A stretch of DNA of 64,000 nucleotides from Bacillota bacterium (GTDB lineage: Bacteria > Bacillota > Sulfobacillia > JAJZIM01), in assembly GCA_021810565.1 (NCBI GenBank), contig JAJZIM010000008.1:7883-71882 (forward strand). Reading direction: 5' to 3'. The position numbers and the translations under genes are program-made. Of the stretch, positions 11,763 to 20,864 are shown piece by piece. Position 1 is the stretch's first letter; every line of letters begins with the position of its first letter. Under the pieces are notes generated by a model that was not told where the DNA came from, made no database searches, and was given only the letters and a program-made list of their open reading frames with translations.

Positions 11763-12938
11763 TTGCTGAGATCCCAAGGGCCGGGCCCCCAGGCTTGGCG
11801 CGGCTCCCTGCCTTGGGCGTTCCTGGGCGCCCTGGGCTGGCTGTTCGTGTACGCCGACCGCGCCGTGCTGAGTCCCCTGCTCGCGACCTTCGGGCGGCTG
11901 TTCCACGTGGGCCCGGCCCAGCTGGGCCTGGTCTCCACCGTCTTCTTCCTCACCTACACCGCGATGCAGCTCCCGGCCGGCCGCCTGGCCGACCGATACT
12001 CGCCGCGCCTCGTCCTGGGCCTCGGCTATATCGGCTTCGGCGCCTGCGTCGCCTTGAGCGCCCTCTCCCCGTCCTACCTCTTCCTCCTGGCCTGCACCGC
12101 CCTGGCCGGCCTCCTCCAGGGCACCTACTATCCTACCCAATTCGCCGTCACCGCCCGCCGGATCGCGCCGGCCGGCCTGGCCCTGGCCAACGCCGTGATC
12201 ACCGCCGGCATGGGGATCGGCATCGCCGTGGGCTACCTGGTCGCCGCCGCCTGGGGAGCGGGAGGCTGGCAACGGCCGGTCTGGCTGTTGGGCCTGCTTA
12301 CCGTCGCCCTTGGCCTGGTGCTATGGCGGGCCACCCCCTGGGATCTGCGGCCCCCCCGGGACCGGCCGGCGGCCCCTCCGCCCTGGCGGGGCGCCTTCGG
12401 GCGCCTCCTGGTGGTCAATTTCTGCTCCCTGTACGCCTTCTTCTTCCTCCTGGCCTGGCTGCCCTACCTGCTCGCGCACTCCGTCCACCTGGCCGGCTGG
12501 AGCCTCGGCGCCCTGTCCGCCTGGCCCACCCTGCTGGCCGTGCCCGCCACCGTGCTGGTCAGCCGCGCCACGAGCGGCACCGCCCGGGTGCCCCGGATGC
12601 GCCGGCTGCTGCTGGCCGCGGCCTCGGGGGTCGCCCTCCTCCCCTGGGCCGGCGGCCTGGTGCCCGCCCTTTTGGGCCTCACCCTCTACGGAGTGTCCGG
12701 CAAGTTGGTCCTGGACCCGCTGATCCTAAGCGAGACCGCCGCCGCGGTCGACAGCCCCGGCTACGGTCAGGCCTTCGGTCGGCTCAATTTCGTGGGCATG
12801 CTGGCGGCCGTGGCCGCTCCGGGGTTGTCGGGCTGGCTGGTGGAGCGCACCGGCGGCTTCGCCGCGCCCTGCGCCGTGGCCGCCGCCCTCCTGTTGGCCG
12901 GCTGGTGGATCGCCCGGCGGCTTAAGGCCCCGGGGTGA
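11763..12938 (+). CDS. MFS transporter
   Basis: YADRAVLSP, motif A GRLADRYSPR, about 12 hydrophobic segments; TTG start after GGAGG; extended -10 TGGTAAGAT upstream. Confidence 0.88.
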   Translation: MLRSQGPGPQAWRGSLPWAFLGALGWLFVYADRAVLSPLLATFGRLFHVGPAQLGLVSTVFFLTYTAMQLPAGRLADRYSPRLVLGLGYIGFGACVALSALSPSYLFLLACTALAGLLQGTYYPTQFAVTARRIAPAGLALANAVITAGMGIGIAVGYLVAAAWGAGGWQRPVWLLGLLTVALGLVLWRATPWDLRPPRDRPAAPPPWRGAFGRLLVVNFCSLYAFFFLLAWLPYLLAHSVHLAGWSLGALSAWPTLLAVPATVLVSRATSGTARVPRMRRLLLAAASGVALLPWAGGLVPALLGLTLYGVSGKLVLDPLILSETAAAVDSPGYGQAFGRLNFVGMLAAVAAPGLSGWLVERTGGFAAPCAVAAALLLAGWWIARRLKAPG

Positions 12939-12954
12939 GCCACCGACCGGAGCG

Positions 12955-13632
12955 TCAGCCCATGGCGTAGGTGACCACCACCCGGGCGGTGTAGGTGAGC
13001 TTCCCCGGCGGCAGCACCGGCGCGGCGGCGCTGGTGGCCGCCCGCGCGAAGGTTAGGGGGAGGGTCTTGCCCGCCGTGGACGACTGCCGGATCTTGAGCG
13101 GCGCTCCCAGCGCCACTCCCTCGGCCTTGACCGCCGCCCGGGCGCGGCTGGCGGCATCCCGCAAGGCCGCGGCCAGGGCCGCATCCCGCACCGTGGTCGG
13201 ATCGGCCAGGGTGAAGCGCACCCCCTGGACCGAGTCGGCGCCGTGGGCCACCGCCACATCCAAGAGCTGCCCCAACCGCTTCAGATGACGCACCGTCACC
13301 GTCACCTGGTCGGAGGCCCGAAAGACCACGGCCCCGTGCGGCAGGTATTCCCGCTGCAGACTATACCAGGCGGTGCCCAGGTCGGCGGCGGCCACCCCGG
13401 CCTGGCCTAGGGCCGTCACCACCGCCCCCGCCCGGGCGGCATCCGCGGACTGGGCCGCCTGGGCGGTGGAGGCCGTCGCGGACACCCCCAGGGTCACCCG
13501 CGCCTCGTCGGGCACCGCCGAGGCCCGGCCCACCCCCCGCACGGTCACCACCTTCCCCCCCGCGCTGGGCGCGCCGCAGGCCGTGAGCAGTCCCAAGAGC
13601 GCCACGAGCGGCCACCATCGCCAAAGCTTCAT
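12955..13632 (-). CDS. SIMPL/DUF541 domain lipoprotein
   Basis: MKLWRWW..LLTAC lipobox; VTVRGVG...PDEARVTLGV, ALRDAASRARA, terminal ARVVVTY. Confidence 0.85.
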   Translation of the reverse strand: MKLWRWWPLVALLGLLTACGAPSAGGKVVTVRGVGRASAVPDEARVTLGVSATASTAQAAQSADAARAGAVVTALGQAGVAAADLGTAWYSLQREYLPHGAVVFRASDQVTVTVRHLKRLGQLLDVAVAHGADSVQGVRFTLADPTTVRDAALAAALRDAASRARAAVKAEGVALGAPLKIRQSSTAGKTLPLTFARAATSAAAPVLPPGKLTYTARVVVTYAMG

Positions 13633-13637
13633 CCCGC

Positions 13638-14312
13638 TTAACCTCCCACTTGGAAAGTGCATTCGGCCGTACGCAGGCCCAGGAAACGCCCGGCGGGGCT
13701 GTGGAAGCGCACCCCGACCCGGGCCGTGTGGCTGCCCGGGGAGGCGGAGCCCAGGCTCACCTGCCACCGCACGGTGCCGCCGGGAGGAAGGACCAGGCCG
13801 CCGGCGCCGGCCGGCACCGTCCGGGCCACCGTCCGCACCGCCGGCGGGTAGGGCCGCACCTCCACCGGGATGCGGCTCTCGTTGCGGATTTCCAAGGTCA
13901 GTCGCACCGCCTCTTTGGGAGCGAAGACCGCCCGGGCGGGAACCAGCCGCACCGACCAGGGCCCCCGGACCGGCGCAAAGGTGGCCTGGGCCCGCGGGGC
14001 CGCGACGGGCGCCCTCGGGGAGGCGGCCGGACCCGGCGCGGTCACCGGCCGGGGAAAAAGGAGCACGGCCGCGGCTGCGGCGGCCGCCAGGCCCAAGATC
14101 CACGGCGCGGGATGCGGGCGGCGCCGCGGGACAGGCGCTCCCAGGCGCCGGGCTAGCTGCCGCGCCAGCCGGTCCGGCACGGCCGGATCCACCGGTTCCC
14201 GCCCCAGCCGGCGGCAATGATCGGCCAGTCGGCTCAAGGCCACCAGCTCCTCGTCCGGCGTCCCTCGCCCCTGGAGCGCCTCCTCCAGCTGATCACCGCG
14301 CGATTTCCTCAA
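13638..14312 (-). CDS. putative anti-sigma factor (single TM, extracellular beta-rich domain)
   Basis: Overlaps the ECF sigma stop; short cytoplasmic N-terminus, TM (WILGLAAAAAAAVLLF), Ig-like C-terminus (VRLTLEIRN). Confidence 0.65.
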   Translation of the reverse strand: MRKSRGDQLEEALQGRGTPDEELVALSRLADHCRRLGREPVDPAVPDRLARQLARRLGAPVPRRRPHPAPWILGLAAAAAAAVLLFPRPVTAPGPAASPRAPVAAPRAQATFAPVRGPWSVRLVPARAVFAPKEAVRLTLEIRNESRIPVEVRPYPPAVRTVARTVPAGAGGLVLPPGGTVRWQVSLGSASPGSHTARVGVRFHSPAGRFLGLRTAECTFQVGG

Positions 14313-14848
14313 CGGCCGTCACCTTTCCCTTCCAGGATCCGCCGCAAGGCCTTGAGGCCGCGGTACTGCAGGGAGCGCACCGCCGGGGCCGCGCATCCCA
14401 GGATCCTGGCCGTGTCCTCCACGGAGCGCTCCTCCCAAAAGCGCAGGGTGAGCACGCGGCGCTGCTGGTCGGTCAGCCGCGCCAGGGCCTCGAGCAGCTC
14501 CTCGCGCTCCTCCCGCCGGTACGCCTCCTCCTCGGGGGAGGGATCGGCATCGGCCGGATCCTCGTCCAGGGGAACCGCCGGGCGTCGCCGGCGCCAGTCG
14601 GAGACCGCCAGGTTGCGCGCCACCCGGAGCAGCACCCCCACCAGGGGGACGCCCCGCTCCCGAAAGGAGGGCAGAACGGGCAGCACCCGCGCGTACACCT
14701 CCTGGGTCAGGTCCTCCGCCAGGGACGCATCGCCCACCCGGTGCCGCAGGTAGCGGTACACCGGCTGCCAGGTGCTGCGGCAAAGCTCCTCCAGGGCCGC
14801 GCGGTCTCCTCCCGCGGCGCGGGCCGCGAGACGCCAGTCCCCCTCCAA
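14309..14848 (-). CDS. ECF-family RNA polymerase sigma factor
   Basis: AEDLTQEVY, LRVARNLAVSDWRRR (region 2); LTDQQRRVLTLRF..SVEDTARILG..AVRSLQYRGLKALR (region 4). Confidence 0.93.
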   Translation of the reverse strand: MEGDWRLAARAAGGDRAALEELCRSTWQPVYRYLRHRVGDASLAEDLTQEVYARVLPVLPSFRERGVPLVGVLLRVARNLAVSDWRRRRPAVPLDEDPADADPSPEEEAYRREEREELLEALARLTDQQRRVLTLRFWEERSVEDTARILGCAAPAVRSLQYRGLKALRRILEGKGDGR

Positions 14849-14880
14849 GCCGCCACCTCCGAGTTGCCCTCCCCTGTAGG

Positions 14881-14909
14881 TACAACGCTGGGCGGGACCG
14901 CCGCGTGAC
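14881..14909 (-). promoter_or_regulatory. candidate ECF autoregulatory promoter
   Basis: GTCAC-N17-CGTTGTA just upstream of the sigma RBS, resembling AAC...CGT-type ECF promoters. Confidence 0.4.
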
Positions 14910-14926
14910 GGCCCCGCCCGTTTTTC

Positions 14927-15256
14927 TTAATCCGAGGCTCCGACCGCCTCTTCCCGCGGCCAGCGCTCTCCCCAATGCCGGATGGCGTCGATGACCTCCC
15001 CCAGGGTCTCCCCCTTGCGGGTGAGCCGGTAGACCACCCGCACCGGCACCTCGGCGTACACGGTGCGGGACAGGATCCCCTCCTCCTCCAGCTCCCGCAG
15101 CCTCAGGGCCAGGGTCTTGGGACTGACCTCCCCCAGGGAGCGGCGAAGCTCCCCGAAGCGGCGCGGCCCCTGCAGCAGGTCCCGCAGGATCAGGATGGTC
15201 CACTTCCCGCCGATGATCTTCAGCGCCCGCTCCACGGGACACCCGTTCCCGCCCAA
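14927..15256 (-). CDS. HxlR/DUF24 (MarR-type) redox-sensing transcriptional regulator
   Basis: CPVERALKIIGGKWTILILRDL, RRFGEL, SPKTLALRLRELE, VPVRVVYRLT. Confidence 0.92.
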   Translation of the reverse strand: MGGNGCPVERALKIIGGKWTILILRDLLQGPRRFGELRRSLGEVSPKTLALRLRELEEEGILSRTVYAEVPVRVVYRLTRKGETLGEVIDAIRHWGERWPREEAVGASD

Positions 15257-15307
15257 CTGGCCCGCCCCCTCTCACGGCTTCCCTTTTGGAAACCTGCTTT
15301 CATGAAT

Positions 15308-15345
15308 GTGCCTACTTCACACAGTATAGCACCCTGGGGTATAAT
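15308..15345 (+). promoter_or_regulatory. sigmaA promoter with candidate HxlR operator
   Basis: GTGCCTAC abutting TTCACA-N18-TATAAT; contains a TACT-N6-AGTA inverted repeat. Confidence 0.55.
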
Positions 15346-15368
15346 CCGGCAAGAGGGAGGTGAACCAG

Positions 15369-15524
15369 ATGTACGTTTGCGCCTTTTGCGGCCGCACCTC
15401 CGAGGAGAAGGAGCTGTGCTGCGGCCACTGGATGGCTCCCGAGGGTAGCTATGTGTGCAAGTCCTGCGGCAATGTCTCCGACCAGTCGGGGGAGTGCTGC
15501 GGACAGCCCATGGTGCGGGTCTGA
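15369..15524 (+). CDS. 51-aa tandem desulforedoxin-like cysteine-rich miniprotein
   Basis: Below the track cutoff. GGAGGTG RBS; MYVCAFCGRTSEEKELCCGHWMAPEGSYVCKSCGNVSDQSGECCGQPMVRV, i.e. two YxCxxCG-x8-CCGxxM units. Confidence 0.85.
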   Translation: MYVCAFCGRTSEEKELCCGHWMAPEGSYVCKSCGNVSDQSGECCGQPMVRV

Positions 15525-15580
15525 ACGGCGGGGGGCCTGACGGCCCCCTTCCCCTATCCCGGAAAGGACGGTGCCATCTA

Positions 15581-16360
15581 ATGAGCCTCACCCGCGCCCT
15601 TGTGGTCCCCCACGTTCCCACCCTGCTGATGGAGGAGGCCGCGGGCCGGGAGGGAGCCGTGGTGCGCGCCCTGCGTCGCACCGGGGAGACCCTGCGAGGC
15701 GAGGGGGTCACCCTGGCCGTGGTGGCCACCACCCACTGGCAGCCCTCCGGCCCCTTCCTGGTCGACCCCACGGCGCGCCACCCCACCGTGACGGATTTCT
15801 ACGGCTTTCCCGTGGAGCTCGCCTACGATCCCCCGGGAGAGCCCGCCCTGGCCCGAAAGTTGGTGGAGGCCGGGCAGGCGGTCGGGTTGCCGGTGGAAGA
15901 GGGATCCCACGGCGCCGACCACGGCGTCACCGTGCCGCTGCATTTCCTCTTCCCGGCGGCGGATGTGCCCACGGTCATCCTCTCCGTCTCCCGCCGCGAC
16001 CTGGGGGAGTGCCGATGGTGGGGCGAGGCGGTGGCGAGGGTTCTGGCGGCGGACCCGCGCGGCGCGGCGCTTTTGATCAGCGGCTGCCTGGCCCACGACC
16101 TGGCCGCCTTCCGGGCCGGACGGAGCGCCGACACCGAGCGCTTCGACGCCGCCGTGCTGGACCTCTTGCGCGGGGGACACTTCGAGCAGCTGGAGTCATT
16201 GAACCCGGAGCTGGTGTCCTTGGGCCGGCCCGAGGGGGAGCTGCGGGACCTGGCCTTGCTCGGCGGCGCCCTGGGCGGTGGGGCGCGAGGCGATCTCTTG
16301 GCCTACGACGGATCGCTGCCGGGAGTGGGCATGGCCGTGGTGGAGTTCTCGCCCGGATAG
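15581..16360 (+). CDS. LigB/DODA-type (class III) extradiol ring-cleavage dioxygenase
   Basis: PHVP, TTHW, DFYGFP..L.YDPPG.P.LA, DHGVTVPL, SGCLAH, FDAAV; AAGGA RBS. Confidence 0.85.
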   Translation: MSLTRALVVPHVPTLLMEEAAGREGAVVRALRRTGETLRGEGVTLAVVATTHWQPSGPFLVDPTARHPTVTDFYGFPVELAYDPPGEPALARKLVEAGQAVGLPVEEGSHGADHGVTVPLHFLFPAADVPTVILSVSRRDLGECRWWGEAVARVLAADPRGAALLISGCLAHDLAAFRAGRSADTERFDAAVLDLLRGGHFEQLESLNPELVSLGRPEGELRDLALLGGALGGGARGDLLAYDGSLPGVGMAVVEFSPG

Positions 16361-17097
16361 CTGACCAGCTCCAGGCAAAGCCCCCGGGCCGGAGCGGTGG
16401 GCCCGGCTACCCGACGGTCGCCGCCGGCCAGGATCCGGGCCGGACGCTCGATCTCCCAGGCCCCCTCTCCCACGCGGACCAGGGTCCCCACCAGGTTGCG
16501 CACCATGCGGTAGAGGAAGCCGTCGGCCTCGCACCAGAAGATGATCAGATCCCCCTCCCGCTCCACCTCCAGCCGTTTAACCTCCCGCACGGCGGTCTTG
16601 GCCGAACCGCCCGCGCTTCGATAGGCCCGGAAATCGTGGCGGCCCACGAGATCCCCGGCGGCGCGCCGCATCGCCGCCGCATCCAAGGGTCGGGGATGGT
16701 GCCATACCTGGCGGGATAGCAGGGGAGCGGGGGCGGCCCGATTGAGGATCCGATAGCTGTACAGCTTGCCCACGGCGTCCCGGCAGGCATCGAAGCCCTC
16801 CGGTGCCGTCGCGGCGGTGAGCACCGCCAAATCCCGGGGCAAAAGGCGGTTCAAGGCCCGGCCAAGCCGGCCCGTTGGCACGGTGGTGACCAGTCGGCAG
16901 CCCACCACCTGTCCCCGGGCATGCACCCCGGCGTCGGTGCGCCCCGCCGCCGTCACCGGCTGCGCCAGCCCTCCGATGACGGCCAGAGCCCGTTCCAGCT
17001 CCTCCTGCACCGTGCGCCGGCCCGGCTGGCGCACGAAGCCGTGAAAGTCGGTGCCGTCGTACTCCAAGACCAGCCGGTAGGTCCTTAGCCCAGCCAC
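16303..17097 (-). CDS. truA: tRNA pseudouridine(38-40) synthase
   Basis: EYDGTDFHG, AGRTDAGVHARGQV, FLYRMVRNLVG, TAPARGLCL; exact GTG start approximate. Confidence 0.96.
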   Translation of the reverse strand: MAGLRTYRLVLEYDGTDFHGFVRQPGRRTVQEELERALAVIGGLAQPVTAAGRTDAGVHARGQVVGCRLVTTVPTGRLGRALNRLLPRDLAVLTAATAPEGFDACRDAVGKLYSYRILNRAAPAPLLSRQVWHHPRPLDAAAMRRAAGDLVGRHDFRAYRSAGGSAKTAVREVKRLEVEREGDLIIFWCEADGFLYRMVRNLVGTLVRVGEGAWEIERPARILAGGDRRVAGPTAPARGLCLELVSYPGENSTTAMPTPGSDPS

Positions 17098-17867
17098 CAC
17101 ACCACCCCCGCCAGCGCCCCGCCCAGGACCAGGGCCACCCAATCCCGGGAAGCAAGCTTGAGCCGCCGCAGGCGGGAGCGGCGTCGGCCGGGCTGGTAGC
17201 CGCGCGCCTCCATGGCCACCGCCAGTTCCTCCGCCCGCCGGAAGGCCCCCACCAAGAGGGGCAAGGCCAGCGGCGCCAGCCGGCGCACCCGGGTGATCCC
17301 CCGGCCGCCGGAGGCGCCTCCCCGCGCCTGTTGGGCCCGGCGCACCCGCTCCGCCTCCTCCAAGAGGACCGGCACAAAGCGCAGGGCCACGGCGACCATC
17401 AAGGCGAACTCCTCCACCGGCAAGCGCAAGCGGCGCAGGGGGGACAAGAGCGCTCCCAATCCGTCGGCCAGCTCCAGGGGGGAGGTGCTCAGGGTGAGCA
17501 GGGAGCCCGTGAGCACCAGGAGGATCAGGCGGCCTCCCTCCAATGCGCTCTGGCGCACTCCGGCGGCCGTGACCGCCAGGGGGCCCTCTCGCAGCACCAC
17601 CCGGCCGGGGTCGGTGAAAAGATGCATCCCCGCGGTCGCCAGGATCAGCCAGAGCAGGGGCCGCAGGCCCCGCAACAGCAGCGCCGGCGGCAACCGGGAC
17701 GCGATGGACACCGCTGCCGCCGCGCCGGCCAGCACCAAGAGAGCCCGGGGACCGCCCGCCGCTGCCAGGCCGCCGAACGCAAAGGCCAGCACCAGCTTGG
17801 CCCGGGGATCCAGGCGGTGCAGGAGGGAATCGCCCGGATGCTCTGGCCCCGGGAACAGCTGGGACAT
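17085..17867 (-). CDS. ecfT: ECF transporter transmembrane component
   Basis: LHRLDPRAKL, ALRFVP, AQQARG, AMEARGY. Confidence 0.95.
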   Translation of the reverse strand: MSQLFPGPEHPGDSLLHRLDPRAKLVLAFAFGGLAAAGGPRALLVLAGAAAAVSIASRLPPALLLRGLRPLLWLILATAGMHLFTDPGRVVLREGPLAVTAAGVRQSALEGGRLILLVLTGSLLTLSTSPLELADGLGALLSPLRRLRLPVEEFALMVAVALRFVPVLLEEAERVRRAQQARGGASGGRGITRVRRLAPLALPLLVGAFRRAEELAVAMEARGYQPGRRRSRLRRLKLASRDWVALVLGGALAGVVWWLG

Positions 17868-17868
17868 C

Positions 17869-18705
17869 TCAGCCTACCTCCAGGGCCCGGAGGATGCGCT
17901 GGGCCGCCGCGGCGGCATCCAGGGCCGGCGACGCCAGGGCCAGCCCGCGCCGGATCAAAAGCTCCTGCACCCGCACCACCGGCGGCACCTCCAGCCCGCA
18001 CCGGCGCAGCAGGTCCGGTCGGGCCAGCACCGTCTCGGGGTCTCCCGCCAGGACCAGCCGCCCCGAGCGCAGCAGGGCCACCCGGTGGGCAAAGCGCAGC
18101 GCCTCCTCCATGCGGTGGGTGACCAGCACCACGCCCACCCCCTCCTCCCGGTTCAGGCGAGCCAAGAGCTCCAGCACCTCCCCGCACCCCCGCCAGTCCA
18201 GACCCGCCGTGGGCTCGTCCAGGCACACAAGCTCCGGCTCCATGGCCAGTACCCCGGCCAGGGCCGCCCGACGCCGCTCCCCGCCGGACAGGGCGAAGGG
18301 AGAGCGACGCGCGTGCTCCTCGCCCAGGCCCACCCGGGCCAGGGCGCGGCGCACCCGATCCGCCACCTGGGGCGCCGAAAGCCCCAGGTTGCGCGGCCCG
18401 AAGGCCACGTCCTCGGCCACCGTGTCGGCGAAGAGGGCGTCCTCGGGAAACTGCTCCGCCAGGGCCACCCGCCGACGCACCGCGTCCGCGGGAAGGGCTT
18501 TCCCGTCCCACCGCACCCGACCGGCGGTGGGCCGCAGCTGGGCGTTCAAGTGGCGCAAAAGCGTGGTCTTCCCCGACCCGGTGCAGCCCACCAGGGCCAG
18601 GAACTCCCCCGGGGCCAACTCCAGGTCCACCCCCTCCAGCGCCACCGTCTCCCGAGGCGTTCCGGGAAAGAAGCGGTGGCTGACCCGCTCCAGGGTCACG
18701 CGCAC
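17869..18705 (-). CDS. ecfA2: ECF transporter ATPase A2
   Basis: GCTGSGKTT, SPFALSGGERRRAALAG, LDEPTAGLD. Confidence 0.92.
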   Translation of the reverse strand: MRVTLERVSHRFFPGTPRETVALEGVDLELAPGEFLALVGCTGSGKTTLLRHLNAQLRPTAGRVRWDGKALPADAVRRRVALAEQFPEDALFADTVAEDVAFGPRNLGLSAPQVADRVRRALARVGLGEEHARRSPFALSGGERRRAALAGVLAMEPELVCLDEPTAGLDWRGCGEVLELLARLNREEGVGVVLVTHRMEEALRFAHRVALLRSGRLVLAGDPETVLARPDLLRRCGLEVPPVVRVQELLIRRGLALASPALDAAAAAQRILRALEVG

Positions 18706-19517
18706 CCGGACCGCCCCCCCCAAACCGCCGCCGCCAGCTCGCCCGCCCGCCGCGGCGCCGAGGGCACATCCATTCCCGCCACGGCCAGGTGCCGGGCCAG
18801 CTCCGCCAGGGGCAGGGGCGGCAGGTCGGGATCGGTGCCGTCCAGCACGCCGGCCGGCGGCCCTTCCCGCACCGCGCGGCCTGCCTTCATCACCACCACC
18901 CGGTCGGCCGCCGCCGCCTCCGCGGGATCGTGGGTCACCAGGAGCAGCGCCAGACCCCGGCGACGCACCTGCCGGCGCAGCACCGCCAGGACCAACCCCC
19001 GGGAACGCGGGTCCAGCATGGCCGTTGCCTCGTCCAGGATCAGCACCGCCGGCTCCATGGCCAGGGCGCCGGCCAGGGCCACCCGCGCCTGCTGCCCCCC
19101 CGACAGGAAACGCACCTCGCGCCGGGCCAGCTCGGTCAGGCCCGTGTCGGCCAGGGCCCGGTCCACCCGCCGGCGGATCTCCTCCGGGGCCAGGTCCAGG
19201 TTGCCCGGCCCGAAGGCCGTATCCTCCTCCACCACGGGGGCGACGACGGCGTTGGCTGGGTTGGGCCCCACGTAGGCCACCTGCCGGCGCACCCAGGCCA
19301 GGGAGGCCGGCTCCACCTTGACCCCCTCCACCCGCACCTCCCCGCCCGTGGGAAGGAGGAGGCCGTTCAGGAGCCTGGCCAGGGTGGACTTGCCCGAGCC
19401 GTTGGGGCCGACCAGGGCCACCACCTCGCCCCGCTCCAGGAAAAAGTCCACCCCGCCCAGGGCTTGCACCCCGCCGGGGTAGACGAAGCTGAGATCCGTG
19501 GCCGCGACGCGGGGCAA
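18696..19517 (-). CDS. ecfA1: ECF transporter ATPase A1
   Basis: GPNGSGKST, LSGGQQARVALAG, LDEATAMLDP. Confidence 0.92.
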   Translation of the reverse strand: MPRVAATDLSFVYPGGVQALGGVDFFLERGEVVALVGPNGSGKSTLARLLNGLLLPTGGEVRVEGVKVEPASLAWVRRQVAYVGPNPANAVVAPVVEEDTAFGPGNLDLAPEEIRRRVDRALADTGLTELARREVRFLSGGQQARVALAGALAMEPAVLILDEATAMLDPRSRGLVLAVLRRQVRRRGLALLLVTHDPAEAAAADRVVVMKAGRAVREGPPAGVLDGTDPDLPPLPLAELARHLAVAGMDVPSAPRRAGELAAAVWGGRSGCA

Positions 19518-19519
19518 GG

Positions 19520-19897
19520 CTACACCAGCTCCAGGATGGCCATGGGAGCGGCGTCGCCGCGCCGCGCCCCCACCTCCGTCACCCGGGTGTAGCCGCCGGA
19601 CTGCTCCTGGTAGCGCGGCCCCAGGACGGTGAACAGTTTCTTCAGCACCCGGTTCTTCTTGCCGGGGCGGTTGCTGGTCTCCTCGCCCACGTCCAGCAGG
19701 TAGGCGGCCGCCGCGCGCCGGGCGGCGAGGTCCCCCCGCCGGGCCAGGCTGATCATTTTCTCCGCCACGGACTGGACCTCCTTGGCCCGGGTCTTGGTGG
19801 TGAAGATCCGCTCGTGGTCCAATAGTTCCGTCACCAAGCCCCGCAGCAGGGCGCGGCGCGGCCCGCTGGCCTTGCTCAGCTTCGAGTACATGCCCAT
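19520..19897 (-). CDS. rplQ: 50S ribosomal protein L17
   Basis: ERIFTTKTRAKE, GGYTRV, RRGDAAPMA; start 19897 or 19891. Confidence 0.96.
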   Translation of the reverse strand: MGMYSKLSKASGPRRALLRGLVTELLDHERIFTTKTRAKEVQSVAEKMISLARRGDLAARRAAAAYLLDVGEETSNRPGKKNRVLKKLFTVLGPRYQEQSGGYTRVTEVGARRGDAAPMAILELV

Positions 19898-19901
19898 CTC
19901 C

Positions 19902-20846
19902 TCACTCCTCCTCCACGCGCAGAGCAAGCCCCACGGCCGCCAGCTTCTGCTTGACCTCTTCCAGGGACTTCTTGCCCAGATTGCGCACCTTCATCATCTC
20001 TTCATCGGTGCGAGAGGCCAGCTCCGCGACGGTGTTGATGCCCGCCCGCTTGAGGCAGTTGTACGAGCGCACGGACAGGTCCAGCTCCTCGATGGGCATC
20101 TCCAAGAGCCGGCTCTTGCGCCCGGCCTCCTCGTCGGAGTCCTCCGCGTCGGCCCCCTCGCCCTCGGTGAGGCTTAGGAACAGCTTCATCTGCTCCCGCA
20201 GCAGGCGCGCGCCCTGGGTGACGGCCTCCTCCGGTCGGATGGTGCCGTCGGTCCACACCTCCAGGGTCAGCTTGTCGTAGTCGGTGATCTGCCCCACCCG
20301 GGTGTCCTCCACGGTGTAGTTCACCCGTCGGATGGGGGTGAAGATGGAGTCGATGGGCACCACTCCGATGGGATTGTCCGGCTGCTTGTTGCGGTCCGCC
20401 GGCACATATCCCCGCCCCTGGGCCACCGTCAGCTCCATGGCCAGGTGCGCCCCCTCGTCCAGGGTGGCCAGGTGCAGCTCGGGGTTCATCACCTCCACGT
20501 CCGGATCCACCTGAATGTCCGCCGCCGTGACCTCCCGGGGCCCGTCCACCTCCACCCGCAGCAATTTGGGCTCCGAGGCGTAGAGTTTGAGGCACAGTTC
20601 CTTCAGGTTCAGGATGATGTCGGTGGTGTCCTCCACCACCCCGGGGATGGTGGAAAACTCATGCAGCACACCGTCGATGCGCACGGAGGTGACCGCCGCG
20701 CCCCGCAGGGACGAGAGCAGGATCCGGCGCAGGGAGTTGCCCAGGGTGATGCCGTAGCCCCGCTCGAGGGGCTCCAGCACGAACTTGCCGTAGCGGCCGT
20801 CGTCCCGGGCCACGCACTCTATCCTCGGCTTCTCAATTTCCACCAT
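19902..20846 (-). CDS. rpoA: RNA polymerase alpha subunit
   Basis: [35 protein letters not shown]. Confidence 0.99.
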   Translation of the reverse strand: MVEIEKPRIECVARDDGRYGKFVLEPLERGYGITLGNSLRRILLSSLRGAAVTSVRIDGVLHEFSTIPGVVEDTTDIILNLKELCLKLYASEPKLLRVEVDGPREVTAADIQVDPDVEVMNPELHLATLDEGAHLAMELTVAQGRGYVPADRNKQPDNPIGVVPIDSIFTPIRRVNYTVEDTRVGQITDYDKLTLEVWTDGTIRPEEAVTQGARLLREQMKLFLSLTEGEGADAEDSDEEAGRKSRLLEMPIEELDLSVRSYNCLKRAGINTVAELASRTDEEMMKVRNLGKKSLEEVKQKLAAVGLALRVEEE

Positions 20847-20864
20847 CGGCCAGCCCTCCTCGGC

